Source of the DNA: Bacteroidales bacterium
GTDB lineage: Bacteria; Bacteroidota; Bacteroidia; Bacteroidales; ML635J-15
Direction: 5' to 3'
DNA length: 64,000 nt
NCBI GenBank assembly: GCA_027858835.1
Contig: JAQIBY010000102.1
Coordinates: 1,918 to 65,917, forward strand
Both the position numbers and the translations under genes were made by a program. Below are positions 13,082 through 23,592 of the stretch, piece after piece. Below the pieces are notes generated by a model. The model ran no database searches. It had not been told where the DNA came from and worked only from the letters and a program-made list of their open reading frames with translations. Numbering within the stretch: the stretch's first letter is position 1; each line of letters begins with the position of its first letter.

Positions 13082-14038
13082 ATGATAAAAGCGGGAATTT
13101 TAGGGAGTCATGAAAAAACCGACGAGTATTTAAACTTGTTAAATTCAATGAACACCTTTAAACTCATTGGCATACATGATCTGGATGACAAACGGATAAT
13201 TGATGTTAAAAATCGGCATGGACTAAAAATATACACACATCCGGATGATTTAGTGCAAGAAGCAGATGCTCTTTTTGCCGCTCCGGGCTTCAATTCTTAT
13301 GAAAATCTCAGAAATGCACTACGCAAATCAAAACACGTATTTATTGATCCCCCACTGAATTATAACAAACAGGAAACCCGCAACCTAATTAGTTTAAGCG
13401 ATGAAGCGGATGTTGTCGTTCACATCGGATTTCCACATCGGTACAATCCGGCATTTCTTGCAGCACGCCCATTTATAAGCCCTCGCGTACGAATGATACA
13501 TGCCCACAGCATGAAACAATATGTCGAAGAAAACAATAAAATTCATCCGGTAAACGATATTATGATTCACGATATTGACAATATCCTCAGCGTAGTCAAT
13601 TCTGAAATTCGCAAAATATCTGCTTATGGCATGTCAACCTCAAATGCCAGCCCCGATGTTGTTAATGCAATTATCGAATTTCACAACGGATGCATTGCCA
13701 ACTTGACAGCAAGTAAAATTTCCGCAACAGATTTAAAACAAATTACATTTTACAATCCTGCAAACTACGTGGCAATCGACATGTTAAAACATAAAGCCTA
13801 CCGTTATTCGAAAAATAGTGATGCTGAAATGCCACTCTTCTCAGAAAACTTCAGCGATCTTGTCAGGGAGTGCATTCCGGTAAAAAATGCCAATGAAATA
13901 GAAGATGAATTCAATGCTTTTTCAAATAGCATTTTACACATGAAATCTCCTGAAATTAGTCTTGAGAATACCAGCCAAACCATGCGGGTAATTCAAGAAA
14001 TAAACTCGAAAATTAAATTAACTTCAAATTGTTCATAA
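13082..14038 (+). CDS. Gfo/Idh/MocA-family oxidoreductase
   Basis: A Rossmann-type start MIKAGILGS is at ATG 13082 (the track start 13028 is less likely). Domain order and length are typical of the family. Confidence 0.55.
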   Translation: MIKAGILGSHEKTDEYLNLLNSMNTFKLIGIHDLDDKRIIDVKNRHGLKIYTHPDDLVQEADALFAAPGFNSYENLRNALRKSKHVFIDPPLNYNKQETRNLISLSDEADVVVHIGFPHRYNPAFLAARPFISPRVRMIHAHSMKQYVEENNKIHPVNDIMIHDIDNILSVVNSEIRKISAYGMSTSNASPDVVNAIIEFHNGCIANLTASKISATDLKQITFYNPANYVAIDMLKHKAYRYSKNSDAEMPLFSENFSDLVRECIPVKNANEIEDEFNAFSNSILHMKSPEISLENTSQTMRVIQEINSKIKLTSNCS

Positions 14039-14092
14039 TTTGAAAACAATATCTTTACTTTGCAAGCGTTTATTTCAAAATCGATATAACTC

Positions 14093-14962
14093 ATGCTGGG
14101 AAAACTACTGGGGGTTTTAAAACTAAGTGCGCTGTTTATTCTGATACAGTCTTGCGATGCATTCGATAAAGAAGAGCCCATACCTGCTTACATTCAGGTC
14201 GATAGTGTCAGTGTTGTTTCCGGGGCAGAAACTGGTAGCAATTCTCACGACATTAATGACATTTGGCTTTACGTTGACAATAAATACATTGGTACTTACG
14301 AAATTCCATTTAAAGTCCCGGTTTTACCGGTAGGCAACCAAAACATCGCACTCGAATCCGGAATTCGCGACAATGGGCTCGGGCAATTTAGAGCAGTTTA
14401 CCCATTTTACACAAGTTTTTCATTTGACACGTTGCTCCTCGAAGCGGGAACAATTGTATTAAACCCTGTGTATGAATATGAAACGGTAAGCACACCATTA
14501 CTTGAAGATTTTGAAGGGCTTGGAAACAGCTTTGAAAAAACCCCGAATAGTGACACAACAATGATGACAGTTAGTGATTCCCTTTCCTTTGAAGGACATA
14601 GCGGATTAATTGTTTTGGACGCAGAACGTACAGTTGCAGATTTAATAACATCACAACTATACAATTTACCGAGAGATCGCAAGGTCTATCTCGAATTGGA
14701 TTATTATTGTGAAGAGGGACTTGATGTTGGATTATTTGGACAACAATTTGATGGCAATTCCTATATTGAGGTACGGTATCCGGTTTTAAAACTATACCCG
14801 ACAGCAGAATGGAGAAAAATATACATTAATTTAACAGACCAAATTGCAAGAAGCCCCTATGCGAATCAATACCGTGTGTTTTTCAGTGCAGAAAAAACGG
14901 ACGCAACTGAAGGGGAACTTGCAAAAATCTATCTTGACAACATAAAAATTCTACACTACTAA
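14093..14962 (+). CDS. Lipoprotein of unknown function
   Basis: The signal peptide ends with the lipobox LIQSC. The protein is 289 aa and its stop overlaps the next ATG. Confidence 0.55.
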   Translation: MLGKLLGVLKLSALFILIQSCDAFDKEEPIPAYIQVDSVSVVSGAETGSNSHDINDIWLYVDNKYIGTYEIPFKVPVLPVGNQNIALESGIRDNGLGQFRAVYPFYTSFSFDTLLLEAGTIVLNPVYEYETVSTPLLEDFEGLGNSFEKTPNSDTTMMTVSDSLSFEGHSGLIVLDAERTVADLITSQLYNLPRDRKVYLELDYYCEEGLDVGLFGQQFDGNSYIEVRYPVLKLYPTAEWRKIYINLTDQIARSPYANQYRVFFSAEKTDATEGELAKIYLDNIKILHY

Positions 14963-16377
14963 TGAATGTAAATAAGCATAGAGCGCTATATATTATACTG
15001 GATCTTATTGCAGCAGCAGGCAGTTGGACATTGTTTTTCATTTTTAGGAAACTGGTAATCGAACCTCAAACCTTTGGTCAGGATGTTCCATTACGATTTG
15101 ACAATCAGTATGTTTTAGCAATCATTCTCATCCCAATTTTTTGGCTCATTTTACACATTTTAAGCGGATATTACAGAGACATTTATCGAAAATCGAGACT
15201 TAAAGAGCTGGCAACCACTTTTTTAACAAGTGTTATTGGGGTTTTTATTTTGTTTTTTGCAGTTATCCTTGATGATTATGTTGCAAATTACAAATCCTAC
15301 TATCAAATGTTTTTTGTCCTTCTCGGATTACATTTTTTCATAACATATTTTCCCCGAGTATTGCTAACGACCGTAACAAACCACAGAATCCGGGATCACA
15401 AATTACAGTTTAATGCAATTATGGTCGGAAGTACTGAAAGAGCAGTAAAACTGTATGAAGAAATCACCTATCAAAAACCGTATAGTGGATTAAATATTTT
15501 GGGATTTATTCCCATCCGGAAGAAAACGCATTACCAATTACAAGATCATTTACCGGCATTAGGAACAATGGATCAAATTAATGAAATCATACAAAATCAA
15601 AAAGTTGAAGAAGCCATTATTGCCATTGAATCCTCGGATCATGAGCTAATCCAGCAGCTAATAAATAAATTACAAGGAACAAAATTAACCATCAAAGTAA
15701 TTCCCGACATGTACGACATTCTCATTGGAAAAGTGCGAATGACACATATTTTGGGCACACCACTTATCCAAATCCGGAAACACATTATGCCGGTTTGGCA
15801 AGCACATGCAAAACGTTTGATGGATGTTTTTCTATCACTGCTGGCAATAATAATTCTGTTTCCCTTGTATTTAATTCTGTCCATAGGCGTAAAACTTTCA
15901 TCTCTAGGTCCGGTTTTCTATTCTCACAAACGCATTGGCAGATATGGCAAGCCGTTTAGCATTTACAAATTTCGCTCTATGGTAAAAGATGCGGAAAAAC
16001 ATGGTCCAAGTTTAAGTAGTGATGACGATAAACGGGTCACAAAATTCGGTCGCTTCATGCGAAAAACCCGAATGGATGAATTGCCACAATTTTTCAATGT
16101 CTTAAAAGGAGATATGGCCTTGGTTGGTCCCCGTCCTGAAAGGCAATTTTACATTGATAAAATCGTAGAAAAAGCACCACACTACAAATTATTGCATAAA
16201 GTCCGTCCCGGAATAACCTCTTGGGGACAAGTTAAATATGGATATGCTGAAAATGTAGATGAGATGATAGAACGACTGCAATATGACATTCTTTACATCG
16301 AAAACATTTCTCTCGCTGTTGATTTTAAAATATTGATTTACACGGTGATAACTGTCATTAAAGGAAGAGGAAAATAA
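14962..16377 (+). CDS. Polyprenyl-phosphate glycosyl-1-phosphate transferase (bacterial sugar transferase, WbaP/EpsB-like)
   Basis: Several N-terminal TMs are present. The C-terminal domain has KRLMDVFLSLLAIIIL...PVFYSHKRIG...FRSM...DELPQFFNVLKGDMALVGPRPE. Confidence 0.85.
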   Translation: MNVNKHRALYIILDLIAAAGSWTLFFIFRKLVIEPQTFGQDVPLRFDNQYVLAIILIPIFWLILHILSGYYRDIYRKSRLKELATTFLTSVIGVFILFFAVILDDYVANYKSYYQMFFVLLGLHFFITYFPRVLLTTVTNHRIRDHKLQFNAIMVGSTERAVKLYEEITYQKPYSGLNILGFIPIRKKTHYQLQDHLPALGTMDQINEIIQNQKVEEAIIAIESSDHELIQQLINKLQGTKLTIKVIPDMYDILIGKVRMTHILGTPLIQIRKHIMPVWQAHAKRLMDVFLSLLAIIILFPLYLILSIGVKLSSLGPVFYSHKRIGRYGKPFSIYKFRSMVKDAEKHGPSLSSDDDKRVTKFGRFMRKTRMDELPQFFNVLKGDMALVGPRPERQFYIDKIVEKAPHYKLLHKVRPGITSWGQVKYGYAENVDEMIERLQYDILYIENISLAVDFKILIYTVITVIKGRGK

Positions 16378-16417
16378 GCAATTATTTAGTCTCTGCAAGA
16401 AGATAGTTTTCTTACTG

Positions 16418-17473
16418 TCACAATTTACGAATCAGGGATACAAGCGATGAATCCTGTAAAATCTTATCAACCAAACGTGATTTCGGCAAATCGTCAGTTT
16501 CCGGGAGCGAATAATAGTTTGCATCTGGAAATTTCAAATCAGATTTCAAAAAATATATTTTGGAATAAATTTCCTGATGACTCAAAATATGCACAGGATA
16601 CACATTAATCAATTCAAGCTCAAAATCAGGATTTTTTAAAAGAGAAACTAAGTTTTCATTAAGCTCGGCATCTGTTAAAAAACGCTCACTTTCAATTTTC
16701 GGGAATTCATATAAACCCACCCATATACCGGTGTGTGCAGGATTCACAATCGCAATCTCGGATCCAATCCGATGCAGAAAATAATGAAAATAGCGCTTTG
16801 ATTTTGCTTTAACCGGTTTTTTCACAGGCAGCTGAAGCACTTTGTTGTTTTGATAGGCCAGACAGTTTTCTTGAAAAATACATATCTCACAATTTGGATT
16901 TTTCCGACATTGCAAAGCACCAAATTCCATAATTGCCTGATTAAAAATATCGGGTTGTTCGGCATCGAAGACAGAATTTAATGCAGTACGAATTTCCTGT
17001 TTCCCTTTTGCAGATTCAGGATATTCATCAATCTCAAATATCCGGCAAATAACACGTTTCACATTCCCATCCACAACAGGGACGGCTTCCTGAAAAGCAA
17101 AAGAAGCAATCGCAGCAGCGGTATATTCCCCTACCCCTTTAAGTTTTAAAATATCCGAATAGCGATTCGGGAAAATCCCATCAAAATCCGTTTGAATTTG
17201 TTTGGCCGCCTCCAGTAAGTTTTTTGCTCGTTGATAATAGCCCAATCCCTGCCACAAGCGAAGGAATTCATCAGGTTTTGCAGTGGCAAGCGAAGCAATA
17301 TCCGGATGTTTTTTTACAATTCTTTGGTAATAGGGCAATCCAAATTTCACCTGTGTTTGCTGCAAAACCACCTCGGAGATCCAAATTAAATACGGATTTT
17401 GAATATTTCTCCAAGGTAAATCCCGAGCTATATCCCTGTACCAATCAATCAATTGCGTTGAAAACCAATTCAT
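16418..17473 (-). CDS. mutY: A/G-specific adenine DNA glycosylase
   Basis: The motifs are RDLPWR...PY..WISEVVLQQTQV, the HhH-GPD region GVGEYTAAAIASFAF, and a Cys cluster C..C..C....C. Confidence 0.85.
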   Translation of the reverse strand: MNWFSTQLIDWYRDIARDLPWRNIQNPYLIWISEVVLQQTQVKFGLPYYQRIVKKHPDIASLATAKPDEFLRLWQGLGYYQRAKNLLEAAKQIQTDFDGIFPNRYSDILKLKGVGEYTAAAIASFAFQEAVPVVDGNVKRVICRIFEIDEYPESAKGKQEIRTALNSVFDAEQPDIFNQAIMEFGALQCRKNPNCEICIFQENCLAYQNNKVLQLPVKKPVKAKSKRYFHYFLHRIGSEIAIVNPAHTGIWVGLYEFPKIESERFLTDAELNENLVSLLKNPDFELELINVYPVHILSHQEIYSKIYFLKSDLKFPDANYYSLPETDDLPKSRLVDKILQDSSLVSLIRKL

Positions 17474-17590
17474 TTTACAAAGATAAGCAATGAATATTCA
17501 CAGAAAGCTTGTTTTGCGTGATAAAAAAGTATTATATTTGCACGTCCTTATGAATCAATAGTTAAACGAACATCTTAAAATTATATTACA

Positions 17591-17872
17591 ATGACTAAAG
17601 CAGACATCGTAAACGAAATTTCAAAAAACACAGGAATTGAGAAAGTAATCGTTCAACGCACGGTTGAAGAGTTTATGAACACGGTAAAAGACGGACTGGT
17701 AAAAGGAGACAATGTTTATCTCAGAGGTTTTGGTTCTTTCATTATTAAAGAGCGTGCAGAGAAAACAGCCAGAAATATTAGCAAGAATACAACAATCACA
17801 ATTCCTGCTCATAAAATTCCGGCTTTCAAACCTTCCAAAACATTTGTTAGTGAAGTAAAAGAAAATAATTAA
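17591..17872 (+). CDS. HU/IHF-family DNA-binding protein
   Basis: 93 aa with MTKADIV...LRGFGSF...RNISKNTTITIPAHKIPAFKPSK, which is typical of the family. Confidence 0.85.
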   Translation: MTKADIVNEISKNTGIEKVIVQRTVEEFMNTVKDGLVKGDNVYLRGFGSFIIKERAEKTARNISKNTTITIPAHKIPAFKPSKTFVSEVKENN

Positions 17873-17894
17873 TCATCTTTAAAAAAATTGAACT

Positions 17895-17984
17895 ATGCCA
17901 AGCGGTAAAAAAAGAAAAAGACATAAGATTTCAACGCACAAACGGAAGAAAAGACTGCGGAAGAACAGGCATAAAAAGAAATAA
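17895..17984 (+). CDS. 29-aa arginine/lysine-rich mini-protein, bS22-like small ribosomal subunit protein candidate (below the ORF-track cutoff)
   Basis: ATG 17895 to TAA 17982-17984. It translates as MPSGKKRKRHKISTHKRKKRLRKNRHKKK. As I recall, this is a conserved Bacteroidota peptide between hup and rng. Confidence 0.55.
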   Translation: MPSGKKRKRHKISTHKRKKRLRKNRHKKK

Positions 17985-18038
17985 TTTGTTTATTCTTTGA
18001 ATGAAAGCCAAAGCTTTAGGATATCCTAGAGCTTTGGC

Positions 18039-19631
18039 TTGTTAATACAGAATTTTCACGTGAGTAAAGTGCAAGGTGCAAATAATGAACTCGTTGTCGA
18101 AGTTAAACCAACCGGGATTCGCATTGCACTACTGAAAGGCAAACAGCTTGTTGAACTACATCAAGAAGACAACAATCATAGATTTTCAGTTGGTGACATA
18201 TATCTTGGAAAGGTAAAAAAACTAATGACCGGACTGAATGCAGCATTTGTAGATGTTGGATATCAGCGCGATGCCTTTTTGCATTATCTGGACTTAGGCC
18301 CTAACTTTTCTACACTGAAGAAATTCACCGGAATTCTACAGTCGCCAAAAGCGAAAAAACGTCCATCAAACAGAGTACGTCTTGAAACCGAAATTGATAA
18401 AAATGGAAAAATCTCTGATGTACTGAACGGTGGCGAACAAGTGGTTGTCCAAATTGCTAAAGAACCCATATCATTAAAAGGGCCAAGGCTTTCATCAGAA
18501 ATATCAATCGCAGGGAGAAACCTCGTACTGATGCCGTTTTCAAACAAAGTATCAGTTTCCCAGAAAATAAATTCACAGGAAGAAAAGCGAAGGCTCATCA
18601 ACCTGATTGAAAGCATACGTCCTAAAAACTATGGAGTGATTATCCGTACTGCAGCACAATCAAAACGTGTGGCAGATCTCGATAAAGAACTCCGTTATCT
18701 TATTGAAAAATGGGAAAGCGGGATTAAAAAACTTCAGGGATCAAAACCACCACAACTCATAATCGGAGAAGTTAATCGCACAGAAGCAATTCTTAGGGAC
18801 ATATTAAACAGCGACTTTTCACAAATTACTGTGGATGACGATACTGCCTATGTAGAAATCAAAAACTACATCCAAAAAATTGCTCCCGATAAAACAAATA
18901 TTGTCAAACAGTTCAAAGGGAAAACCCCGATTTTTGAACATTTCTCCATTGAAAAACAGATCAAAATCCTTTTTGGGAAAACAGTGCCGATGAAAGATGG
19001 AACATATCTCATCATAGAACATACCGAAGCACTGCATGTAATTGATGTAAACAGTGGAAATAAAAAGAATACAACCGGACAGGAAAACAATGCGCTCTCT
19101 GTAAATTTAACTGCAGCAGCTGAAATCGCCAGACAATTAAAGCTCAGGGATATGGGCGGTATCATTGTCGTTGATTTTATCGACATGACAGACCCTAATC
19201 ACAGGCAGCAGTTATTTGAGAAAATGAAAAATGAGATGGATGACGAACGGGCTAAGCATCACATTTTACAACTCAGCAAGTTTGGTCTCATGCAAATTAC
19301 CAGACAACGCGTTCGTCCGGAAATGCATATCCAAACAGAAGAAACCTGTCCAACCTGCCTCGGAAAAGGAAAAATCCAAGCCGGTATTCTTGTCCTCGAT
19401 GAAATTGAAAATAAATTGCAATTACTCGCTAAACAAAATAAAGAAAAACGGGTTACCATAAAAGTGCATCCGTTCCTTGAAGCGTACATTAATAAAAAAA
19501 CCGGTTTCAAATCACTGAAGAAACAATGGCAGAAAAACACAAATCTAAGCATTCGTGTTTTCTCTTCCATGGAATACACAATTATGGAATACCATTTCTT
19601 TAATGAGAAGGATGAAGAAATAATGTTGTAA
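18039..19631 (+). CDS. rng: Rne/Rng-family ribonuclease (RNase G-like)
   Basis: An S1-like N-terminus (GDIYLGKVKKLMTGLNAAFVDVG) and catalytic-core motifs (ALHVIDVNSG, GGIIVVDFIDM, SKFGLMQITRQR) are present. The TTG start is as given in the track. Confidence 0.85.
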   Translation: MLIQNFHVSKVQGANNELVVEVKPTGIRIALLKGKQLVELHQEDNNHRFSVGDIYLGKVKKLMTGLNAAFVDVGYQRDAFLHYLDLGPNFSTLKKFTGILQSPKAKKRPSNRVRLETEIDKNGKISDVLNGGEQVVVQIAKEPISLKGPRLSSEISIAGRNLVLMPFSNKVSVSQKINSQEEKRRLINLIESIRPKNYGVIIRTAAQSKRVADLDKELRYLIEKWESGIKKLQGSKPPQLIIGEVNRTEAILRDILNSDFSQITVDDDTAYVEIKNYIQKIAPDKTNIVKQFKGKTPIFEHFSIEKQIKILFGKTVPMKDGTYLIIEHTEALHVIDVNSGNKKNTTGQENNALSVNLTAAAEIARQLKLRDMGGIIVVDFIDMTDPNHRQQLFEKMKNEMDDERAKHHILQLSKFGLMQITRQRVRPEMHIQTEETCPTCLGKGKIQAGILVLDEIENKLQLLAKQNKEKRVTIKVHPFLEAYINKKTGFKSLKKQWQKNTNLSIRVFSSMEYTIMEYHFFNEKDEEIML

Positions 19632-19649
19632 ATTAATAAATCACGTACT

Positions 19650-21779
19650 ATGAAACGTTTAAATGTCCTTCGGACAAAAGGTATAGCACTTATTACTATG
19701 CTTTTATTGTCCGTTTTTGTAAACGCTCAACAAATAAATCCTGTTTCGTGGACATTTTCCACAGAACAAATCAGTGAACAGGAATTTTATTTAATTATGT
19801 CCGGAAATATTGAAGCGGACTGGCATATGTACACCATCGACATTGAAGAAGGTGGCCCAATGCCAATGTATATTGAATTCGACAAATCGGATGACTACAA
19901 ACTCGTTGGTGGTGTCTTAGAATTTCCTAAACCCAAAGAAGTATTTGACGATGTATTTAATGTCACGGTGAAATATCATGAAAAAACCGTGCAATACAAG
20001 CAAAAAATAAAACTCAACACAGAAAAAAGTTTTACTATTGAAGGACTTTTAGATGGACAAGCATGCTATGATATTGATGGCAGATGTGTGCTGGTAACTG
20101 AAGATATGGAGTTTAACATTAAACCCGTAAAAATTGAAAGTTCCGAGGAAACACAAGCCGTTAAAAATCAGATTAAATCCGAAACAAATCAAACGGATTC
20201 AGCCGATGATGAAGAAGACCTTACATCAGATGACAAAGAAGAAAACGCAGAAGAAGACCATGTAAGCGATAAAAAAGCTTCCAATCCGACAAGCACAGTT
20301 GCTCAAGCAGGCACAAAAGAAGATAGCGAAGAAAAAGAAAAAGGGATTCTCGGATTTCTGCTGATGGCTATCGGAGGCGGATTACTTGGGGTGCTTACTC
20401 CATGTGTTTTCCCGATGATTCCCATGACTGTTAGTTTCTTTTTGCAAGGACAATCCAGCAGAGCCGCAGGAATAATGAAAGCCCTCATTTTCGGACTTTC
20501 CATTATTTTTCTTTACACGTTGGTCGGATTAATTGTCTCACTAACCAGTGCCGGTGCTGATCTAACAAGCATTTTAAGCACAAGCTGGGTGGCAAATGCC
20601 ATTTTCTTCGTGCTATTTGTCATATTTTCCATTTCATTTTTCGGATTATTTGAAATTACATTACCAACAGGACTTGCAAATAAAGCAGACCAACAAGTGG
20701 ACAAAGGTGGTTTGATTGCATCCTTCTTTATGGCAGTAACCTTAGTAATTGTCAGTTTCTCGTGCACCGGCCCGATTGTTGGAGCCATTCTTGTAAAAGG
20801 AGCCGCCAGTGGTTCATGGCTGGAACCGACCATCGGTATGATGGGATTCGGTTTTGGATTTGCACTGCCATTTACACTGCTTGCCGTTTCTCCAAACCTA
20901 CTTAAAAAATTACCGAAATCAGGTGGATGGATGAATGCCGTAAAAGTCGTTTTCGCATTTATATTGCTGGCATTCTCAATGAAATTCCTGTCCAATATAG
21001 ACCAAACATACAACTTGAATTTCTTGAGCAGAGATCTATACATAGCAATCTGGATTGTACTTTTCACACTGATGGGATTCTATTTACTTGGAAAAATCAA
21101 ATTCTCACACGACAGCGATTTAAAGCATGTTGGAATATTCAGATTATTTGTCGCAATCGCCTCATTCTCATTTGTGCTTTACCTATTACCCGGTATGTTT
21201 GGTGCAAAACTCACTCCGATTGCATCGGTTTTACCGCCAATGACAGCCCAAAATTTTGAGTTGAAAGCGGGTGGAGGAAGCACAGTTGAAATTGAAGAAG
21301 CGCTTTGTGAAGAACCAAAACATACGGATGTCCTGCATTATAGCAATAACATTCAAGGATATTTTGATTATCAGCAAGGACTGGATTGTGCAAAAGAAAA
21401 AAACAAACCCTTATTGGTTTACTTTAGTGGACACGGTTGCAGTAATTGCAAACAAATGCAATCCTTTGTTTGGGAAGATACACGCGTTCAGGATTACCTG
21501 AATAATAAAGTGATTATCACAAAGTTACTAACAGACGAACGCAAAGAATTACCAGAATCAGAATGGTATGAATCTGAAATGGACGGAAGAATGAAGAAAA
21601 CCGTCGGGAAACAAAACCGAGACTTTCAAATCAGCAGATTTAACATGAACTCTCAACCGTTTTATGTGTTAATAAACCCTAAAACCGGAGAAAAACTTAT
21701 CAGTGAAACCATGGAATACGAAAAAGACCCCGAAGTTTTCATTGAATGGTTAGATAAAGGTTTGGCTGCAATGAAATAA
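19650..21779 (+). CDS. dsbD: Protein-disulfide reductase, DsbD family
   Basis: It has a signal peptide, an N-terminal periplasmic domain and an acidic linker. The multi-TM core carries LTPCVFPMIP and SCTGP motifs. The C-terminal thioredoxin-like domain has GHGCSNC. Confidence 0.8.
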   Translation: MKRLNVLRTKGIALITMLLLSVFVNAQQINPVSWTFSTEQISEQEFYLIMSGNIEADWHMYTIDIEEGGPMPMYIEFDKSDDYKLVGGVLEFPKPKEVFDDVFNVTVKYHEKTVQYKQKIKLNTEKSFTIEGLLDGQACYDIDGRCVLVTEDMEFNIKPVKIESSEETQAVKNQIKSETNQTDSADDEEDLTSDDKEENAEEDHVSDKKASNPTSTVAQAGTKEDSEEKEKGILGFLLMAIGGGLLGVLTPCVFPMIPMTVSFFLQGQSSRAAGIMKALIFGLSIIFLYTLVGLIVSLTSAGADLTSILSTSWVANAIFFVLFVIFSISFFGLFEITLPTGLANKADQQVDKGGLIASFFMAVTLVIVSFSCTGPIVGAILVKGAASGSWLEPTIGMMGFGFGFALPFTLLAVSPNLLKKLPKSGGWMNAVKVVFAFILLAFSMKFLSNIDQTYNLNFLSRDLYIAIWIVLFTLMGFYLLGKIKFSHDSDLKHVGIFRLFVAIASFSFVLYLLPGMFGAKLTPIASVLPPMTAQNFELKAGGGSTVEIEEALCEEPKHTDVLHYSNNIQGYFDYQQGLDCAKEKNKPLLVYFSGHGCSNCKQMQSFVWEDTRVQDYLNNKVIITKLLTDERKELPESEWYESEMDGRMKKTVGKQNRDFQISRFNMNSQPFYVLINPKTGEKLISETMEYEKDPEVFIEWLDKGLAAMK

Positions 21780-21802
21780 TTGAAAAGAAATTATATGTTC
21801 AG

Positions 21803-21838
21803 AAAACTGTCTCAGAGAAATTTGAGACAGTTTTTTTT
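21803..21838 (+). terminator. Rho-independent terminator after dsbD
   Basis: CTGTCTCA (21807-21814) pairs with TGAGACAG (21823-21830), followed by a T8 run. Confidence 0.7.
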
Positions 21839-21972
21839 ATTCGCTGATTTCTGATTTTGAGTTTAGCTTTTGTTCCGTCAAAAGCCGAACTAGCGTAGTT
21901 TTTGAAAATATGGAATATACAGCTTGTGTCCACCCTCCTTTTTTGATTAATCCACAATATTCCGCTATTCGC

Positions 21973-23592
21973 TTATCCCTTGCGTAAACGTTTATTCATT
22001 AATCGATAAGAAATCAAATGCAATAAAATTAAGACTGCAACAAAAAGTGAAATCCGCCCGATATAATCACCATAACGAGAATAAAAAGTAAGTTTTTCAT
22101 TTGCATGAATTTCTCCTCGAATCACATCTTCAACCCACCAACCGCGCGAATCAAGCACCTCTCCTTTTTGATTAATTAAAGATGAAATTCCGGTATTTGC
22201 TGAGCGAGCAACACTGCGTCGGTTTTCAATCGCTCTAATTCGGCTGAACATTGCATGTTGTTTATATCCGGGAGTGTCTTTCCACCATCCATCGTTGGTG
22301 ACAACAAACAAAAAATTTGCCCCGTTACGAACAAATTCCGTAAGAAACTCTCCGTAAATACTTTCATAACATATCGGTGTTCCAATCGCAATTGAATCCT
22401 GAGGATTAACAAAAACGGTTCTGTACTTTTGTCCTGTTAAGCTATTTCTTGCGCCGCCGAGATCGATAATCATATCATTCAGCCATGTCCAATTTTCAAC
22501 CAAAGGTAATGTTTCCACACCGGGAACTAGTTTTGACTTATAATATCTTTGCTGCTGTCCGGTGGTATCCAATTGGTATGTGACATTATATTCATCGAAC
22601 CAAAAATCCTGATAAGCATGAGAAGTTTCACTTCTTTCTGCTTCACTAAAATAAAAATCACGAGAGGTTAAGCCAACAACCAGCTTTAAATTAGGATACC
22701 TTTTTGAGTAATTTCGTAACTCATGTATAATTGGATGCCATTCAAATTCAGTAGAATCAGCATCAAGATAAAGTGGCAAAGCAGTTTCCGGAAAAACCAA
22801 ATAATCGACAGATTCATCCATCACCCTATCCGACAAGCTTAACATCCGGTGTAATTGCTCTGTGGTGGAAGATTTAAACTTTTTGTACGGATCAATATTC
22901 GGCTGTAAAACTACGATATCATAAATTTCACCCTGCTCTTGATAATTTGCAAACCGGATAACTGAAATAAGCACAGGCACTACGAGAAAAACGCTCGTCA
23001 CGATCACATAGTTTCGCAATTTTGCGGTCCATGCTTTTGCACTGCGATAGGTTCTGATAATCTCAAACAAAAGTAAATTAACAATGAGCACCCACAAAGT
23101 ACCTCCGGGGACACCGGTAAATTCATACCATTGGATCAATTTTACATTATTTGCAAACGCATTTCCGAGCAGCAACCAAGGAAACGATAAAGTAACTCGC
23201 AAATAAAGAAATTCAAAAGCCAGCCAAAAAACAACTAGGGCAGTATATGCCTCTTTATTATTAAAACGCAAACGGACTTTATGATAGAGTACAAACACTA
23301 GACACATAGCATTAGCATTCCACAAAATTGCGAATACTGCACCTGGCGCAGTCGCAAACCATATCCAAAAAATTGAAATAATATTCCACACTAATAACCC
23401 GGGCAAAATACGCAAGTAAAAACTCACACTCCGGTATTTATCACGATTTCTAAAAATATAATCTTCAATTAATAAAAAAGGAAGTAGTCCGATTAAAGCA
23501 ATCCAACCCATATGCCACTGAGTAAATGCAATACTCATAATAATTCCGCCAAGCGCAGAAAGTGCAAAAGCTCTCCATCCTGATAAATTCAT
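21973..23592 (-). CDS. lnt: Apolipoprotein N-acyltransferase
   Basis: A multi-TM N-terminus is followed by a CN-hydrolase domain (VVLQPNIDPY, FPETA, PICYESIYGEF). Confidence 0.85.
   Translation of the reverse strand: MNLSGWRAFALSALGGIIMSIAFTQWHMGWIALIGLLPFLLIEDYIFRNRDKYRSVSFYLRILPGLLVWNIISIFWIWFATAPGAVFAILWNANAMCLVFVLYHKVRLRFNNKEAYTALVVFWLAFEFLYLRVTLSFPWLLLGNAFANNVKLIQWYEFTGVPGGTLWVLIVNLLLFEIIRTYRSAKAWTAKLRNYVIVTSVFLVVPVLISVIRFANYQEQGEIYDIVVLQPNIDPYKKFKSSTTEQLHRMLSLSDRVMDESVDYLVFPETALPLYLDADSTEFEWHPIIHELRNYSKRYPNLKLVVGLTSRDFYFSEAERSETSHAYQDFWFDEYNVTYQLDTTGQQQRYYKSKLVPGVETLPLVENWTWLNDMIIDLGGARNSLTGQKYRTVFVNPQDSIAIGTPICYESIYGEFLTEFVRNGANFLFVVTNDGWWKDTPGYKQHAMFSRIRAIENRRSVARSANTGISSLINQKGEVLDSRGWWVEDVIRGEIHANEKLTFYSRYGDYIGRISLFVAVLILLHLISYRLMNKRLRKG

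Noticed and set aside
20513-21067. 184-aa ORF antisense to dsbD
   Set aside because: It lies entirely inside the well-supported DsbD membrane domain on the opposite strand, which is typical of shadow ORFs. The same reasoning applies to 41730-42161, 24166-24525, 18284-18616, 27277-27725 and the other antisense or overlapping track ORFs.
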